From Ginglymostoma cirratum (taxonomy: Eukaryota): a DNA stretch of 64,000 nucleotides. Location of the stretch: positions 19,510,029 through 19,574,028 of the forward strand of contig JAHRHZ010000087.1 in assembly GCA_024137785.1 (NCBI GenBank), read 5' to 3'. The notes beneath the pieces are model-generated. The model did not search any database, was not told the origin of the DNA, and worked only from the letters and a program-made list of their open reading frames with translations. Within the stretch, counting starts at the first letter, position 1; each line of letters starts with the position of its first letter. Position numbers and translations under genes: made by a program. Shown piece after piece: positions 15,265-27,655 of the stretch.

Positions 15265-15955
15265 TGAGGAGGGGAAGTGGTATGGGAGAAAGTGTGAAAC
15301 AAATTAATATTATGATGTCATTTGTGTGCAGTAAGGTGCAGGAAATTACTGAAATTGGACAGACTGCAGTTGTTTCTTTGGAACAGCGGAGACTGAGGGC
15401 AATGTGATTGAGATGAACAACATTTGAGCGGCATGGAAATGGTAGACACGAAGAAATCTTTTCCCCTTGATCGCTGACCAGGGGCATAGATTTGAGGTAA
15501 GGGCCAGAAGGCTTAGAGAAATGAGGAAGAAACTTTTCACTCAAGGTGGTAGGAGTCTGCGAACTCGACGCCTGTAAGGGTGCAAGAGGCAGAAACCCGT
15601 CTTAACATTTAACTAATATTTAGATGTGCCCTTGCATTGCCAAAGCATACAAGGCTGTAGGCCAAGTGCTGGAAAATAGGGTTAGAATAGTTGGGTACAC
15701 AGTTGGAGCTGCAGGAACACAGCAGGTCAGGCAGCATCAGAGGAGCAGGAAAGTTGATGTTTCAGATAGGGACTCTCCTTCATTTTCTTAAAAAGTGGCC
15801 TGACCTGAAACATCACCTTTCCTGTTCCACACTGTTGTCTCTGAACACAGCATCTGCAGTTCTTGCTTTTTGGAATAGTTGGGTGGTTGATTTTGACTGG
15901 CTTGGACAGATTGACCAAAGGGTATTTTTCTGTGCTGTCGATCTCTGACTCTATA
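15265..15955 (+). mobile_element. CR1 LINE 3' fragment interrupted by a Penelope-derived insert
   Basis: Degenerate ORF2 C-terminus and 3' end (ACCAGGGGCATAGATTTGAGGTAAGG...GAGGAAGAAACTTTTCACTCAAGGTGGT...TTTCTGTGCTGT..ATCTCTGACTCTAT). Confidence 0.75.
15697..15872. mobile_element. Short Penelope-derived element with inverted arms and 12-bp TSD
   Basis: GAATAGTTGGGT is duplicated at 15685-15696 and 15873-15884. The body resembles the elements at 19810, 21784 and 22480. Confidence 0.8.
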
Positions 15956-18890
15956 TAACCATGATTTTTGCCTTTTCTGGGATTAAGTGTTGAGGGGCAA
16001 TCAATTGAGTTCCATTCAGCTTGAGATGTGATTAGTGAGCTTATCGCAGGTCTCTGCACTGGCTTGAGGTTTCTGGCAAGTTGGGATACCAATTGGAGGC
16101 CTGTAGCTTCTGGGTCCTAAACGCAGTCAGTTAACTGCTAGACCTGAGAATGCAGTGGTGACAAGGTAAGTTTGTCCTTCTTATCGTGAAGTGAAAGTTG
16201 AGGAAAAGGATATTCAGAGGGATGCGTTGCTTGGACGCAAGGGCAGGGTATTGGCTTTCAGAGGCTAATTACCCCTATGTTGATCTGTATGGAAATGCCC
16301 CCCAACGTGGCAGCTAAGTCTTAATGGTTACCCAACTGCCACCTCTCTCGACAGCGAGAAGGCAGATAATCGGAAAGGTGGTGAGTTGAGTCCCGAGAAT
16401 GGCTGTTAGCTGATCACTTAAAGATCTTAGTTGGTGGATTGAGGAGTTCTCAATGGAACTTCTCACCCAGAAATTAATTGGCGAGGTGGCACAAAGGAGT
16501 TGATTATTTGTCCAGGGTTAACTTGCCCAATTCCCCACCTTGACTCCTCCAGGGGGAGAAAAGTCTTTTGTAAGCCATTCTCTTGAAGCAATTGAATGCT
16601 GAGGCACTGCAACTTTCTCTAATTTAGAATTTACAACTAATTTCAGAAAGCATTTTTAAGAAAAAGATACAAGAACCCATTTGAGTTTTATCACCTCAAT
16701 TTGTTTACTGAGGACAACCATAAGATCTTATTGGTACAAACGTTTTGTATGCAAAGCTTTTAAATCCTATCTATCACTTGAAACCTTACCACACCCTTGT
16801 TCACGTTTCATTCTGGGTTTTTTTCAATGCAAGTCTGTCATTTTGACAAAAAAAGATTGATTACCTTGAGGAGGGAAGTTATGTTCACTAGTAATAAAAG
16901 TCAAAGGGTTTTGGATGAGCTGTCAATGTTAAATTCTAGAGTGTGGTTTTACATCTATTTAATACAGCTAGGTAAATGACTGATAAAGCTTGAAGCAATT
17001 ATGCTGTCAGCCACTTGTAAATATTAAAAAAAAAAAAGATTTTTCTAAGGAGCTGCTGATGTCACTGGTCTCTGGTATAAGAGTGTCACAGCTGGTAGCA
17101 ATGTCAGCATAAACTTCCTTGGTTTCTAAAGCTGCCAGGAAAACCTGTTTTTCTTTATTTAGAAAGAGGATCCTGTTTATGTCAAACAGAATCCAGCAGC
17201 ATTTTAATTGCTGCTGATTTGCGCGAGTGCTGAGTGCTGGGAACAAACAGTGCTGGAATTTGACAAAATAATACTAATTCAGAGGAAAGCTCAGGGTAAA
17301 AACTGTCAAAGTAAATGGAGTATTTGAGGCCAGGACTATTAAACGTTTAAAGGGAAAATTTGTCATACTTTCTCAAAGAAATTGTAAGCTACGTGACATT
17401 ATTTTATGATGGATCCTAACCACAGTTCAGGTAAAAGGTACATTTAATAGATTCTCTTCTACCATTGTTCTTGGTTAGGATCTACAGTTGCATGCTCTAG
17501 TATGGTAAAGTGAAACCAGGTACTATCGGTGTGGTACAAATTACATTGGTTTGATGGATATAGTTATTAACTGTACGGTAATGTAGACTGTGTGAGAACG
17601 ATCTCAATGTTAGGTCTTAATCCTTCAAGGTCCAAAAGTGTTCCCTGCACCAAGTGTATATTACGTTATATTGGAGTTGCTTTAAGGCACACTTTTGCAT
17701 TGACATTTTCCGACCCTTGCTCTTATTCAAAAGGTGGGAATTGATATTGAATGTTTCTATAAAAATATTGATATAAACATTATCTGTGCTATAAACAGGT
17801 GTGATTCTATGATTGTTGAAACTTGATTGTCTATTGCCTGCATCTTTTTTCCCAAATGTGAGCATGTTTGGCAAGTGCAGTAAGCCTCCATTTAACATTG
17901 ACTCAGTTTGTTATTTCCTTAGTGTTTGTCGATTAATATGGCCTCTATTCTTGTTTAATGTCATGTGTTTAATTTTTAAAATTTGTTTTATGCTGGTAGG
18001 GCTGCATCAGTGTTCACCATTTTTGGAGTGGCCTTTCCCTTTCACTAACTCACTGTCACTTAGGGATAGAATGAGACCACTCTGCCCTTCAAGTCAGTCT
18101 GCCATTCATTAATGGCAGATCTGATATCCCTGGTAACCTTTCGCCCCTTTTTCAATAATTTAGCTGCCTCTCTTCTTCCACTGATTTTTTTGGGAAGAGT
18201 TCCAAAGATTCCAGAGTTTGTCTGAGTGGGGGGGGGAAGAATTGGCCTCATTTGTTTTAAATGGGTAATCCATCATTTTGGAACTGAATGGAGTTCTAGA
18301 ATGTCTCTCAAAATGAAACATCTTTTCTACTTGCACATCCGTTCAAGTGCTCTTAGCATCTTCTATTTCAGTCATGTTGTCTCTTACTGTTCTAAACTCC
18401 AACATATAGAAGCCTAGACAGTCCAATCTTTCCTCCTGAGACAACTTACCCATTCCAGGAATTAGTCGAGTAAACCTTCCAAATGTATCCCATGTATTCA
18501 TCCTTTCTTTAGAGACACCAATACTGTATATTCTACTCCAAATGTGATCTCACCAATGCCTTGTATAGTTGAAGAATAATTCCTACTGGTGTATTCAATT
18601 TGTTTTTCACAGAAGTTATTTACTTTACTTGCATTGTAACCTTCTATGATTCATGCACAAGGCCACCCATATTGTTCTGTGTCTCAGCTCTGCAGTCTCT
18701 CTCCATTTTGATTATTAGCAAGAATTTAAAAAAAAGATACTTTCACATTTTCCCACATTATGCTCCATTTGCCGCGTCTTTACCCACTCACTTAACCTAT
18801 TTATATTGCTTTGGAGCCTCCTTTTATGTCCACTTTTTAACTTGCAATTTTATTCATCCTTGCACTGTCTTAAAATTTTAACAGTCATAC

Positions 18891-19603
18891 AAAAAAACTG
18901 AAAGAATTGCGGATGCTTGAAATTTGAAATGAAAACAGAAATTGCTGGAAAATCTGAGCAGGTCTGGCAGCATCTATGGAGTGAAAGCAGAGCTGATGTT
19001 TTGGGTCCAGTGATCCTCCTTCAGAACCGATGGGAATTAGGAGAAAAGTGGATTATGCAGAAGATAGGGTGGGGGGAGGGGGAGGAGCCATTTCAAAACA
19101 CCACCCTGTTGTTTCCTGACAACACCTCTGTCTCAGACTTGCTGCAGTGCTCCAGCGAAGCAGTGCAGACTGGAAGAACAGCACCTTTATTTTCTGCAGC
19201 CTTCTGGGCTTAATATCGAGTTAAACAATTTTAGGGCTTGCGTACCTTTTCCCCCACCCCCATACACCCAGGCCTTGTCATCACATGGGCTGCTACCACA
19301 CACTACCCATTGTCAGCTACGAGTAGTCCCTGTTCGCAGCTGTATATTGTCCTAGGCTGGTCCTTATCCACACTTTTTTGTCTGTTTTTCTGTCTCTCTC
19401 TGGGCTCTGTCTGCACCAATTGTTTACTCCTTCTCTTTACCTTTCCTGGTTTACCCCACCCCCACACTTCTGCATAAAAAACATCCTTTTCCGAGCTAGC
19501 ATCAGTTCTGAGAAAAGGCCACTGGACCTGAAATGTTAAGTCTGCTTTCTCTCCACAGATGTTGCCAGACCTGAGATTTTCCAGTGATTTGTTTTTGTTT
19601 TTG
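18891..19603 (+). mobile_element. Penelope-like element remnant with inverted terminal segments
   Basis: The arms AAACAGAAATTGCTGGAAAATCT..CAGGTCTGGCAGCATCT and AGATGTTGCCAGACCTGAGATTTTCCAG are inverted. The internal GIY-YIG C-terminal remnant reads LLQCSSEAV..LEEQHL..QPSGLNIELNNFRA, with frameshifts. Confidence 0.75.
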
Positions 19604-19809
19604 CAACCATACTTGCATATGCCTACAGTTTACTTTTCATTAGCTACCTTATTTTCTATCCATGCTAACGTATTGTCCCTATGCCATGAGCTGCTTTTCT
19701 GCAATCTCTGTGGAGCTATGTTACATGCGTTCTCGAAGTCCAACAACCATTCCACCACCGGTTTCTCTTCACCAACAGCACATCTTCAAAGAACTCCAGA
19801 AAATTGTCA

Positions 19810-20017
19810 GTGATAACAAGGTGTAGAGCTGGATGAACACAGCAGGCCAAGCAGCATCAGAGGAGCAGGAAGGCTGACGTTTCGGGCCTAGAGGGTCTAT
19901 GCCCAAAACGTCAGCTTTCCTGCTCCTCTGATGCTGTTTGGCCTGCTGTGTTCATCCAACTCTACACCTTGTTATCTCAGATTCTCCAGCATCTGCAGTT
20001 CCTACTATCTCTGAAAC
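19810..20017. mobile_element. Short Penelope-derived palindromic element with 9-bp TSD
   Basis: 81-bp inverted arms at 19812-19892 and 19896-19976. AAATTGTCA is duplicated at 19801-19809 and 20018-20026. Confidence 0.85.
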
Positions 20018-21534
20018 AAATTGTCAATGGTTTTTTTTCACTTTGATGAAACCATATTGACTCTTCCTGGTAACCTTGAACTTCTCCAAGTGTCGTCCTA
20101 TAATGTCTTTGGCTTTTAATGTTTTTCCTACAATAAATGCAAAGGCATGTGCCTATAGTTTCCTGTTTTCTCTCTCTTTCCTTCCCTCTGTGAACAAATG
20201 AGCTCCATTCACTGTCAACCCTCTGCCGTACACATCTCCTATTCCCTGACTCGGCCTCTTGTTGAGACTTGGTTTCGGTGAATCTTCCCTTTGCTGGTTC
20301 CCTCTTCTGAACCTTCGCTGAGGCTGTAAACATGAGTGGTGAGAGGCAACAGGTGCTGTTGACTTGGCAACAAGAGGGAGGCAGATAGAATGTTGCCATA
20401 CAGTTTCTTATTTTTTTTCAGTATTTTCATTTTCTACGCTAATTGGGGATATATTGATGTAAAGTATTTTAATTTACAGGGATGATGTTTTAATTATTTT
20501 TGATGGGGTTTGTTCAAAGTCAGACTAAGCTTTTGTACTTTATTTGGGAGAATGTGATCTCACTTAGCTGGGTACCTGAAAAGTACAGCTAGAACCATAA
20601 CCTTCTATGTAGACTTAGTGTAATAGAAACTGTCAATTCAAGCACTTTGGTTCTCAAACAGAATTCTCCCACAATATAAGTAATTCTAAGCTGGTTGTAT
20701 ACTTTTGATGCTTAAATAAGAGGTACACAGTCTTAAGATCATTATGCTTACTTTTTAGAATCATCAAATTATCAGTTGATTGGCTGCCTCTGAAATGAAT
20801 ACTAATGTATTTTTGTACACTTTTTCATGAACGGTGTAAATGCTCAGCTTGATAATCAGATCTGTGAAACAGTTGTTGTGTAACTGAGGAAAATGCAAGG
20901 TTTTGAATACGAAGGTATTGTGAGGTATTTTACTTGCAAGCAACTATTTGAGTAAAAATTATCACTCTCTCACCCAGTGACTTCTGTGGTAGCCCCTACA
21001 GTTCACAATGCCTCAAGGGCAGTTAAGGTCGGCAGAAAATGCTGGCATAGTCAGCAATGCCCGTGAATGAATAATTAAAGATTATAAATTGACTGTTTGT
21101 CCGCCTTTCAACTGAACCAGCTTACAAAAATATGAAACCAGAGGGTGCTCTTGTGAGTTGTATTTGAAATCTAAAGTGGTTTTTTTTTCTTGTTTCTTCT
21201 ATCTCCCTGCCTTTCTCACAGCTGTCTCTCATCCTCCCCCCCCCCCAACCAAACTACAACCATCTTCCTCCTATGCTGCATTTCCATCTAATTTACAATA
21301 GTATGTATGGAGAAAACCATGTTGCTGTAGGCAGAATGGCTGTTCCATGAAAATAGATGCTAATGTTGCCCGTAGGGACACTCTGGTATGCTTGATGTGA
21401 ACCACTGCTACATTACAGATGTTGTCATGGTGGTGTGGAGTTGAAGATTTGGTTCACTTATTATACATTATATAGTATTAGCTCATTCAAATTTGGTGCA
21501 AAAACTATACCAATAGAACAATTCAAAATTTTAT

Positions 21535-21570
21535 TGCTGCAGTACTGGCACTCTACCACTTGAGGGCATG
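21535..21570 (+). promoter_or_regulatory. Candidate CTCF site with upstream motif
   Basis: TGCAGTAC at 21538 lies 18 nt before the core CCACTTGAGGGCA (21556-21568), which has one mismatch to CCACTAGAGGGCA. Confidence 0.45.
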
Positions 21571-21783
21571 CCAGCAATATCACTTGCATAAAAGTCATAA
21601 TTTCATTTGTTCTAATAGAAGCTGGTGGCTGAAAATCGTTGGTTTTCCAACAGAATTCAAAGACCTGTATAGCCCTCGAAATTGGGTTGTCAGTCGTTTT
21701 TTTTGACTTGACAATAAAGGTCAGCGCCCTGAATTCCTAGAAAATGTGTTTGCCAATATTCCTAATAGACCACTTTCTTGTCC

Positions 21784-21883
21784 GAGATAACAAGCTGTGG
21801 AGCTGAATGAACACAGCAGGCCAAGCAGCATCATAGGAGCAGGAAAGCTTGACGTTTCGGGCCGAGACCCTTCATCAGAAAAT
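21784..21883 (-). mobile_element. 100-bp Penelope-derived element with 11-bp TSD and hammerhead-like core
   Basis: CTTTCTTGTCC at 21773-21783 and 21884-21894. The minus strand reads CTGATGA-AGGGTCTCGGCCC-GAAACGTC. Confidence 0.85.
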
Positions 21884-22479
21884 CTTTCTTGTCCAGTAGT
21901 TTATTTTTGAAGTGGCTTTTGTACAAGAACTAGTGTTGATTGCAAACAGATTTAAAGGGCTTTCATACAAATGTTTGACTATACAATCAAAAAATCGATC
22001 ATTAACCCATACTACTAGCTAATTTGCCATCTAAATACTTATTTTTACAAATAGTGAACAGCTAAGTTGGTTTTTTTGGGCTTTTATATGGGATGCACTG
22101 ACCCCCATGGACCTCTTTTGAGAACTTTAAGTCCATGTTTTGATTTAATTTCCATTTGATTCCTTTTCACATGCAAATTCTTAAATAAGGAGCACAAGAT
22201 ATCTTCCTCTGTGGAAGCTATTTTAAGGTGTGTTTTCCTAATCTGTGGTGGAAAGTTTTTTTTTCTCTGTATATGTTCAATACAAAGTTGATCCGCAACA
22301 GGCACCATTCTAACTATTTTCTTGTAGGTCCTGAGCACCTGATAAATGATGGTCTTTAGTGGATGCTGTAATGCTCATATCATACCCTGGTATATAAACT
22401 GATGATCTGTTTTAAAAATCCAGTCGGACTGGCCGCTATAGCTTTGTTTTTGTGACAGTACGAACATTGAATTTGATTT

Positions 22480-22576
22480 GAGATAACACAGTGTAGAGCT
22501 GGATGAACACAGCAGGCCAAGCAGCATCAGAGGAGCAGGAAAGCTGACGTTTTGGGTCGAGACCCTTCTCCAGAAA
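22480..22576 (-). mobile_element. 97-bp Penelope-derived element
   Basis: Close copy of 21784-21883. Imperfect TSD TGAATTTGATTT / TGAATTGGACTT (10/12). Confidence 0.8.
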
Positions 22577-24184
22577 TGAATTGGACTTGAATTTGTTTGA
22601 AGCTTTTGTTCAACTTGACAGCTGTGTTTACAGATTGGTGCAGTTTTGAGCTGATTTAAAGCAGTGTAATGAAGAAAGATTTGTAGCTGAATTAAATTCC
22701 AGAACCAAGAGGAAGTAAATTTGCAGCAAGAATGTTTATCTCTGAAAGTGAGGCGTTGTTATCGTCTGGAAAACTCAACTAGAAAACAGCGGAGTTATGT
22801 GTAATGCAATACCATTCCTACATCCCATGGTAGGTACTGGAAAAATTCTTTAGTTTCCATTATCAATGCAGGAGCCCCAGGTGAGGAATGACTATGGATG
22901 TGAGATGAAGATAGAATCCTGTTTCATTGAACCTCTATGACACAAGGTGAGTTAAACATTTAAGATTACATGGACCAAAATATTGTGAAAACCAATGAAA
23001 ATTAGAGAAAAGGCAATTTTTGAGTAAACTGTATCCCTGCACGATATCCAAAAATGTTTCCATTAATTCTTGTGTCACTAATGTTTCAATGATCATCAGA
23101 CCTTAAGGCCTGGGGAATAATTTTGGTGCTTTTTCAGCTTATATTTACTTGAACACTAAAGTTGGATAGAAATGTCTAACCCAATCTTTCAGTGACATTC
23201 TGCAAATTATCAATAGTTAAACTGCAGCCATGTTATTGAACATTATAAATAGATACTTACTTTTGCAGAAATGGAAAGAGGAACAGAATCCAAGTTTGGC
23301 TTTCATATTGAGAGAGCTGTACAGGCAGGCAAATATAGTGGTGCATCTTTTTCTGCATTGAGCTCTGGTACTTTATCACTAGAGCAGTGAACTAGGGTTT
23401 TGGTTCTGTTTGTGATCCTTTGAGTCTCCCACTATCATTCTGGAAAGTGCTTGTTCTAGTCACTTTGAATAATTTACATTCACCATATTTTCATGTTGAC
23501 AGTAACACGCCACGAGTTAAATGGTCAGTCATGCTGTTTTTCCCAGTTACTGAAATGTTAATCACTTAATTAAAGCTTCCATTCTCCTCGTGGACCATAG
23601 GGCTTCTCTCTGTTTAATCTGAGGCTCACCATGCCTCAGGTGAAGAGGCAAGTTGAGGGAATGGTATTGCAAGACAAGTTAGCTGATGCCATAACCAAAG
23701 ATGTGGGGCATAGCAAACTCCCAAAACCATTACAAGGGGCACCAGAGACAAAGTTTGATCAGTAGACAGCGATTTGATTGAGAGAACAGAAGAGCCAGTT
23801 TCATTAAATTTGCTTCACACTGAGCCTCAAATGGTTCAGGAATTGAACCCATGCTGTTGGTATCACTCTGCATTAAAAACCAACTGTCCAGCCATCTGAG
23901 CTAACAGACTCTATTTTTCCTTAATGAGATAATGTTTAAACAGTTTCATAAGACAATTAGCATTTCATTAGATTGTCTAGCTAGTTTTAATTGTAAACAA
24001 TAATTGAAAATGGATGTCTCTGCAAACCACATTTGGAATTATTTGAGAATTCACATATATCATTAGGAAAACTAGCAAAGCTGTTTTAGTTTAATTCTAA
24101 TTTAACTGCGGTTGGAAAACTTATGTACCATGTGTTAATTAATAAAGGTCAAACAAATCCTTTTAGACAGAGAGAAGGATGCAC

Positions 24185-24555
24185 TGCAGTGGTGATTTCA
24201 CTGGATCAGTAATGCAGGGCCCTAGGCTAATGTTGAGGACATGACTTTGAATTCCATCATGGCAGCTGGTGAAATTTGAATTCAAATTTTTTATTAAAAA
24301 ATCCAAAACCCAGTCTAACCATGCATTTGTAACCATTTTTAAAAGTCTTCTGGTTCACTGATGCCCTTTAGGGATGAGGGTCTGCCATTCTTACCTGTTC
24401 AGATGTCTCTGTCTAATTCCAGATGTGCACACAGTGGTTGAGAAATAACTGCCCACTGAAATGGCAAGTTGAGCTATGACAGACGTGACTGCAGTGGTTC
24501 CAGAAGCCAACTTGTCAACACCATCTTGTCTAGGGCAATTAGGGATGTACAATAA
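24185..24555 (+). mobile_element. tRNA-derived SINE family A (degenerate)
   Basis: Shares TCTGGTTCACTGATGCCCTTTAGGGA and the GGCAATTAGGGATG tail with the copies at 9815 and 62101. Confidence 0.7.
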
Positions 24556-24741
24556 GAAAACGTCCCTCTGAATTGAGGATGACTTGCTACTAGGTTGGTG
24601 TGATAAGTCATCTCAATGTATGGTTTCCAGCCTCTGCACAGTCAATAGTTCTGATGTTTGGAAATTTTGTGTATTCCTTCTGATGCTCCAACTTTGTGTC
24701 TCCATGTTCCCAACACAGCCATATTCAGTGCTTTCATCGCA

Positions 24742-24880
24742 TCATAGAAAATTGCTACAAGAGTAGGCCATTGAGCCTGCTCTGCCATTCAGTAGGATCG
24801 TGGCTCATCCTCAATCTCAGTGCCATTTTCTGACTTTCTCCCAATTCTTCTTGATGCCATTAAAGTTTAGAATTTTTGCA
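24742..24880 (-). mobile_element. CR1 3' end fragment
   Basis: CATAGAAA...GAGTAGGCCATTGAGCCTGCTCTGCCATTCAGTAGGATCGTGGCT, the reverse counterpart of the tail at 6870-7077. Confidence 0.65.
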
Positions 24881-25826
24881 GCCTACCCAGAGTGAACCTT
24901 TTTCATTTTTTTCATTGGCTGCATTGAGGATTTTGGGGTGGGGGAGGAAAGAGTGGTGTGACTTTTACTTTTCCTTAGGATTACTTTTTGAAGACAACCC
25001 TTAGGAATGTTCACTGTCTGCACAATTCTCCCTTGGTAGCAGAGTTGCCAAGTAGAGGAGTTACATAGGATTCTGGTGTCTGGCATATAAACAACGTGCC
25101 CTTCCCAGCAAAACTCATTTTGAGTGATTAGTGCTTCAATGTAGAACCTTATCACTTGGTATTAGTGCAATAACTATACAGTTCAGCCACTGCTTTGTAA
25201 GTATATAAGCATGAATGAGGGTGTGGTCAATCTAACTAATATACCTTCGTTTTCGGTTTTAATGTTTACCTTTGGATTTTTGTTGTTCCTACTTGCACTC
25301 CACACAATTTTTTGATCTTATCATTTGGTTTCTGTCAACCTCTGTGCATGAAGTTAGGTGGTGTAGACTAGTGTATTTCTTGATTTTATTTCATTATTTT
25401 AAACTTCTAATGAATCTCATTCCCATAACTCAATTTCTTTAGTAAAACTCTGAATATTTACGTAAGGAAACTTATCCAGAACCATAAAACTGGTGTATTC
25501 TTGGTAATTTAACATTTTATTTTTCTCCCATTTGCTCTAGTTTTAATCGGGTGAATTGTTTTTAATGCGTTTCATATTTTTAAAATTCGAAATGGAAGTT
25601 TTAGGCTGGAATGTTGGTGGAATCTTCCTATCCCTGTAATCAAATTCTCATGTGCCCTATAGAACGTGCTGTTTGCTTGATACCTCGTGTTCAATCTAGA
25701 TACGAAATGCAGTAAATCCTGTCATTTTCTTTGAAATACCTCACCTCTAGTGATAAATTGCCATTTGACTGAATTTGCATATAATGGATATGAGTCATTA
25801 AGATTGATAATTTAGGGTATTTATTT

Positions 25827-26140
25827 GGTGGCTCAGTGGTTAGCACTGCTGCCTCTCAGTGCCAGGGACTGGGTTCAGTTCCACCCTCGGCAATTGTCTG
25901 AGTAGAGTTTGCACATTCTCCCCGTGCCTACGTGGCTTCCTTTCGGGTGCTTCCACAGTCCAAAATTGTGCAGGTTAGGTGGATTGTCCACGCCAAACCG
26001 CCCATTGTGTCTAGGTAGATTACTCAGGAAATGCTGGGTTACAGGGATTGGGTGTGGGTCTGGGTGGGATACTCTTCAGAGGGTTGGTGTGGATCCGCTG
26101 GGAGTAATGGCATGCGTCCCCACACTAGGGATTCTCTGAT
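25827..26140 (+). mobile_element. HE1-like / V-SINE
   Basis: A box TGGCTCAGTGG, B box GGTTCAGTTCC, V-domain-like GAGTTTGCACATTCTCCCCGTG, and a CR1-type tail CACACTAGGGATTCT. Confidence 0.85.
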
Positions 26141-27461
26141 TGTAAATACTCTGCATGATGATGGTACAGCCTATTAGGCATTCTTATGGCTAGTCATTTC
26201 TATGGTGACACTTTCCGACTGCACGCATTCGCCATCAAATACAAGTAAAATGTATTTTCTTTTAATCATTGCCGTTCAAATGTGGAAACTTATTTTGTCT
26301 TTCACAAAAGCTTGAAATTCTGGTACAGGAGCTATCTTTATCGATCTGTCAAAAATGTGATTTGCCATGTCTAATTCCCAGCAAACCCCACGGACAATAT
26401 TGCACTATAGGCAAAAAAAAAGTCCTCTTCAAACTGGGAACTTGATAAGCAGTTTTATTGTACCATTTATGAAGTAAGTCAGTGTTACACATGAATTTAT
26501 ATTTGGTAGTGATACTGCACTAGTTAATAAAATGCAGTAATCCCATCCCTGATCATTGTGTGTATGCTTTCACTTGTGTAAGATTGTTGCAGATTGGAGC
26601 AGTATTGACTGCACAATTATAAATTAACGTTTTCGTTTTTGGAGCTTATACAAAAATAATTTGCCACTTTATAGCACGTGGATACTTTAAGTTTTTTTTT
26701 TGTTTTCTCCCCTGTAGGTTTTTAGAAAAATGCTGTCCTGTAATGTGTATTACTGCTGAATGTTACTGATTTCAAAATTTTAAACAAAACTGAACTCTGC
26801 TTATCCAGCTGTAGTAATTGCCGCTGCAAGAAAGTGTGCCAGCTGCTTTTACAATTGACCATGGAGGTTGTATTTTCAAATAACATCTGGTCTTTGACAG
26901 GTGGATTCTTCACAGCTCGTGGCAACTGAAGTTTAAGCTTGCCTGATTTAGAAATCCTACCTATTGGAAACACTTAGTGGATCTTTCCAGTGAATCTTTG
27001 TAGGTTTAGCTGCGGCTCAGGCACAGTACTGCAAGTCTCTCACACTTGAAGGAAATTGGTAATGTTAGTCTTTCACTTAGTGTAATAGTGTTGGGAAATA
27101 TTCCTCAAGTTGATATTGTCATTTTTAATTGGTGCCGATCAGATTGTACTAAAAATGAGTACAACCAAAGCACGTGCATACATCAAGATATTAACGGTAA
27201 AATAGGTGTTTAAAGATGGAGAAAGCCAAAGTGTGTCTTGCAGGGCATTTTTAGTGTTTGTTAGTATAAGTAATGCATTAAATGGTCACATCCAAATATT
27301 GCAATTAAGAATGGCTTTTAAGGCATTGAATTGATTTTGTTTTGAAGAAAGACTTGCATTTATTTAGCACTTTGCATGATCACCCATCACTCTGTTACTG
27401 TAAGGCTTCCAAAAACAAGGGATTGATGCTTCAGTGCAGATGTCAATTCATATTAACGTGG

Positions 27462-27655
27462 AAACAAAACACTGCAGGGATGGGAAATCTGAAATAAGAA
27501 CAGAAAATATTGCATGACATGCTGAATATTTCCAACATCGGTGCTGAGCCAAGCAGAGTTAAAACCATTTCACACTGAAGGATCATCAATCTGAAATGGT
27601 AGCTCTTGTTTCTCCACAGCTGCTGCCTGACCTGAACACTTCCAACGTTTTTCAA
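27462..27655. mobile_element. Old Penelope-derived short element
   Basis: AAAACACTGCAGGGATGGGAAATCTGAAATAAGAACAGAAAAT ... TCTCCACAGCTGCTGCCTGACCTG; similar to the arms of the 18891 element. Confidence 0.6.

Larger units (their letters stand above)
18065..20160 (-). mobile_element. Degenerate CR1 LINE interrupted by two Penelope-type insertions
   Basis: The 3' end is near 18070 (GACCACTCTGCCCTTCAAG..TGCCATTCA). Reverse-oriented RT remnants run to about 18890 and resume at about 19605-19800 and 20026-20160. Confidence 0.6.

Noticed and set aside
19810-22576. Repeated ~100-bp units as a CRISPR-like or tandem array
   Set aside because: Eukaryotic context, irregular spacing and individual TSDs indicate dispersed transposon insertions.
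25827-25890. tRNA-like A/B boxes as a tRNA gene
   Set aside because: The sequence continues into a SINE body and no complete cloverleaf is visible. The same applies at 38940, 12544 and 62101.
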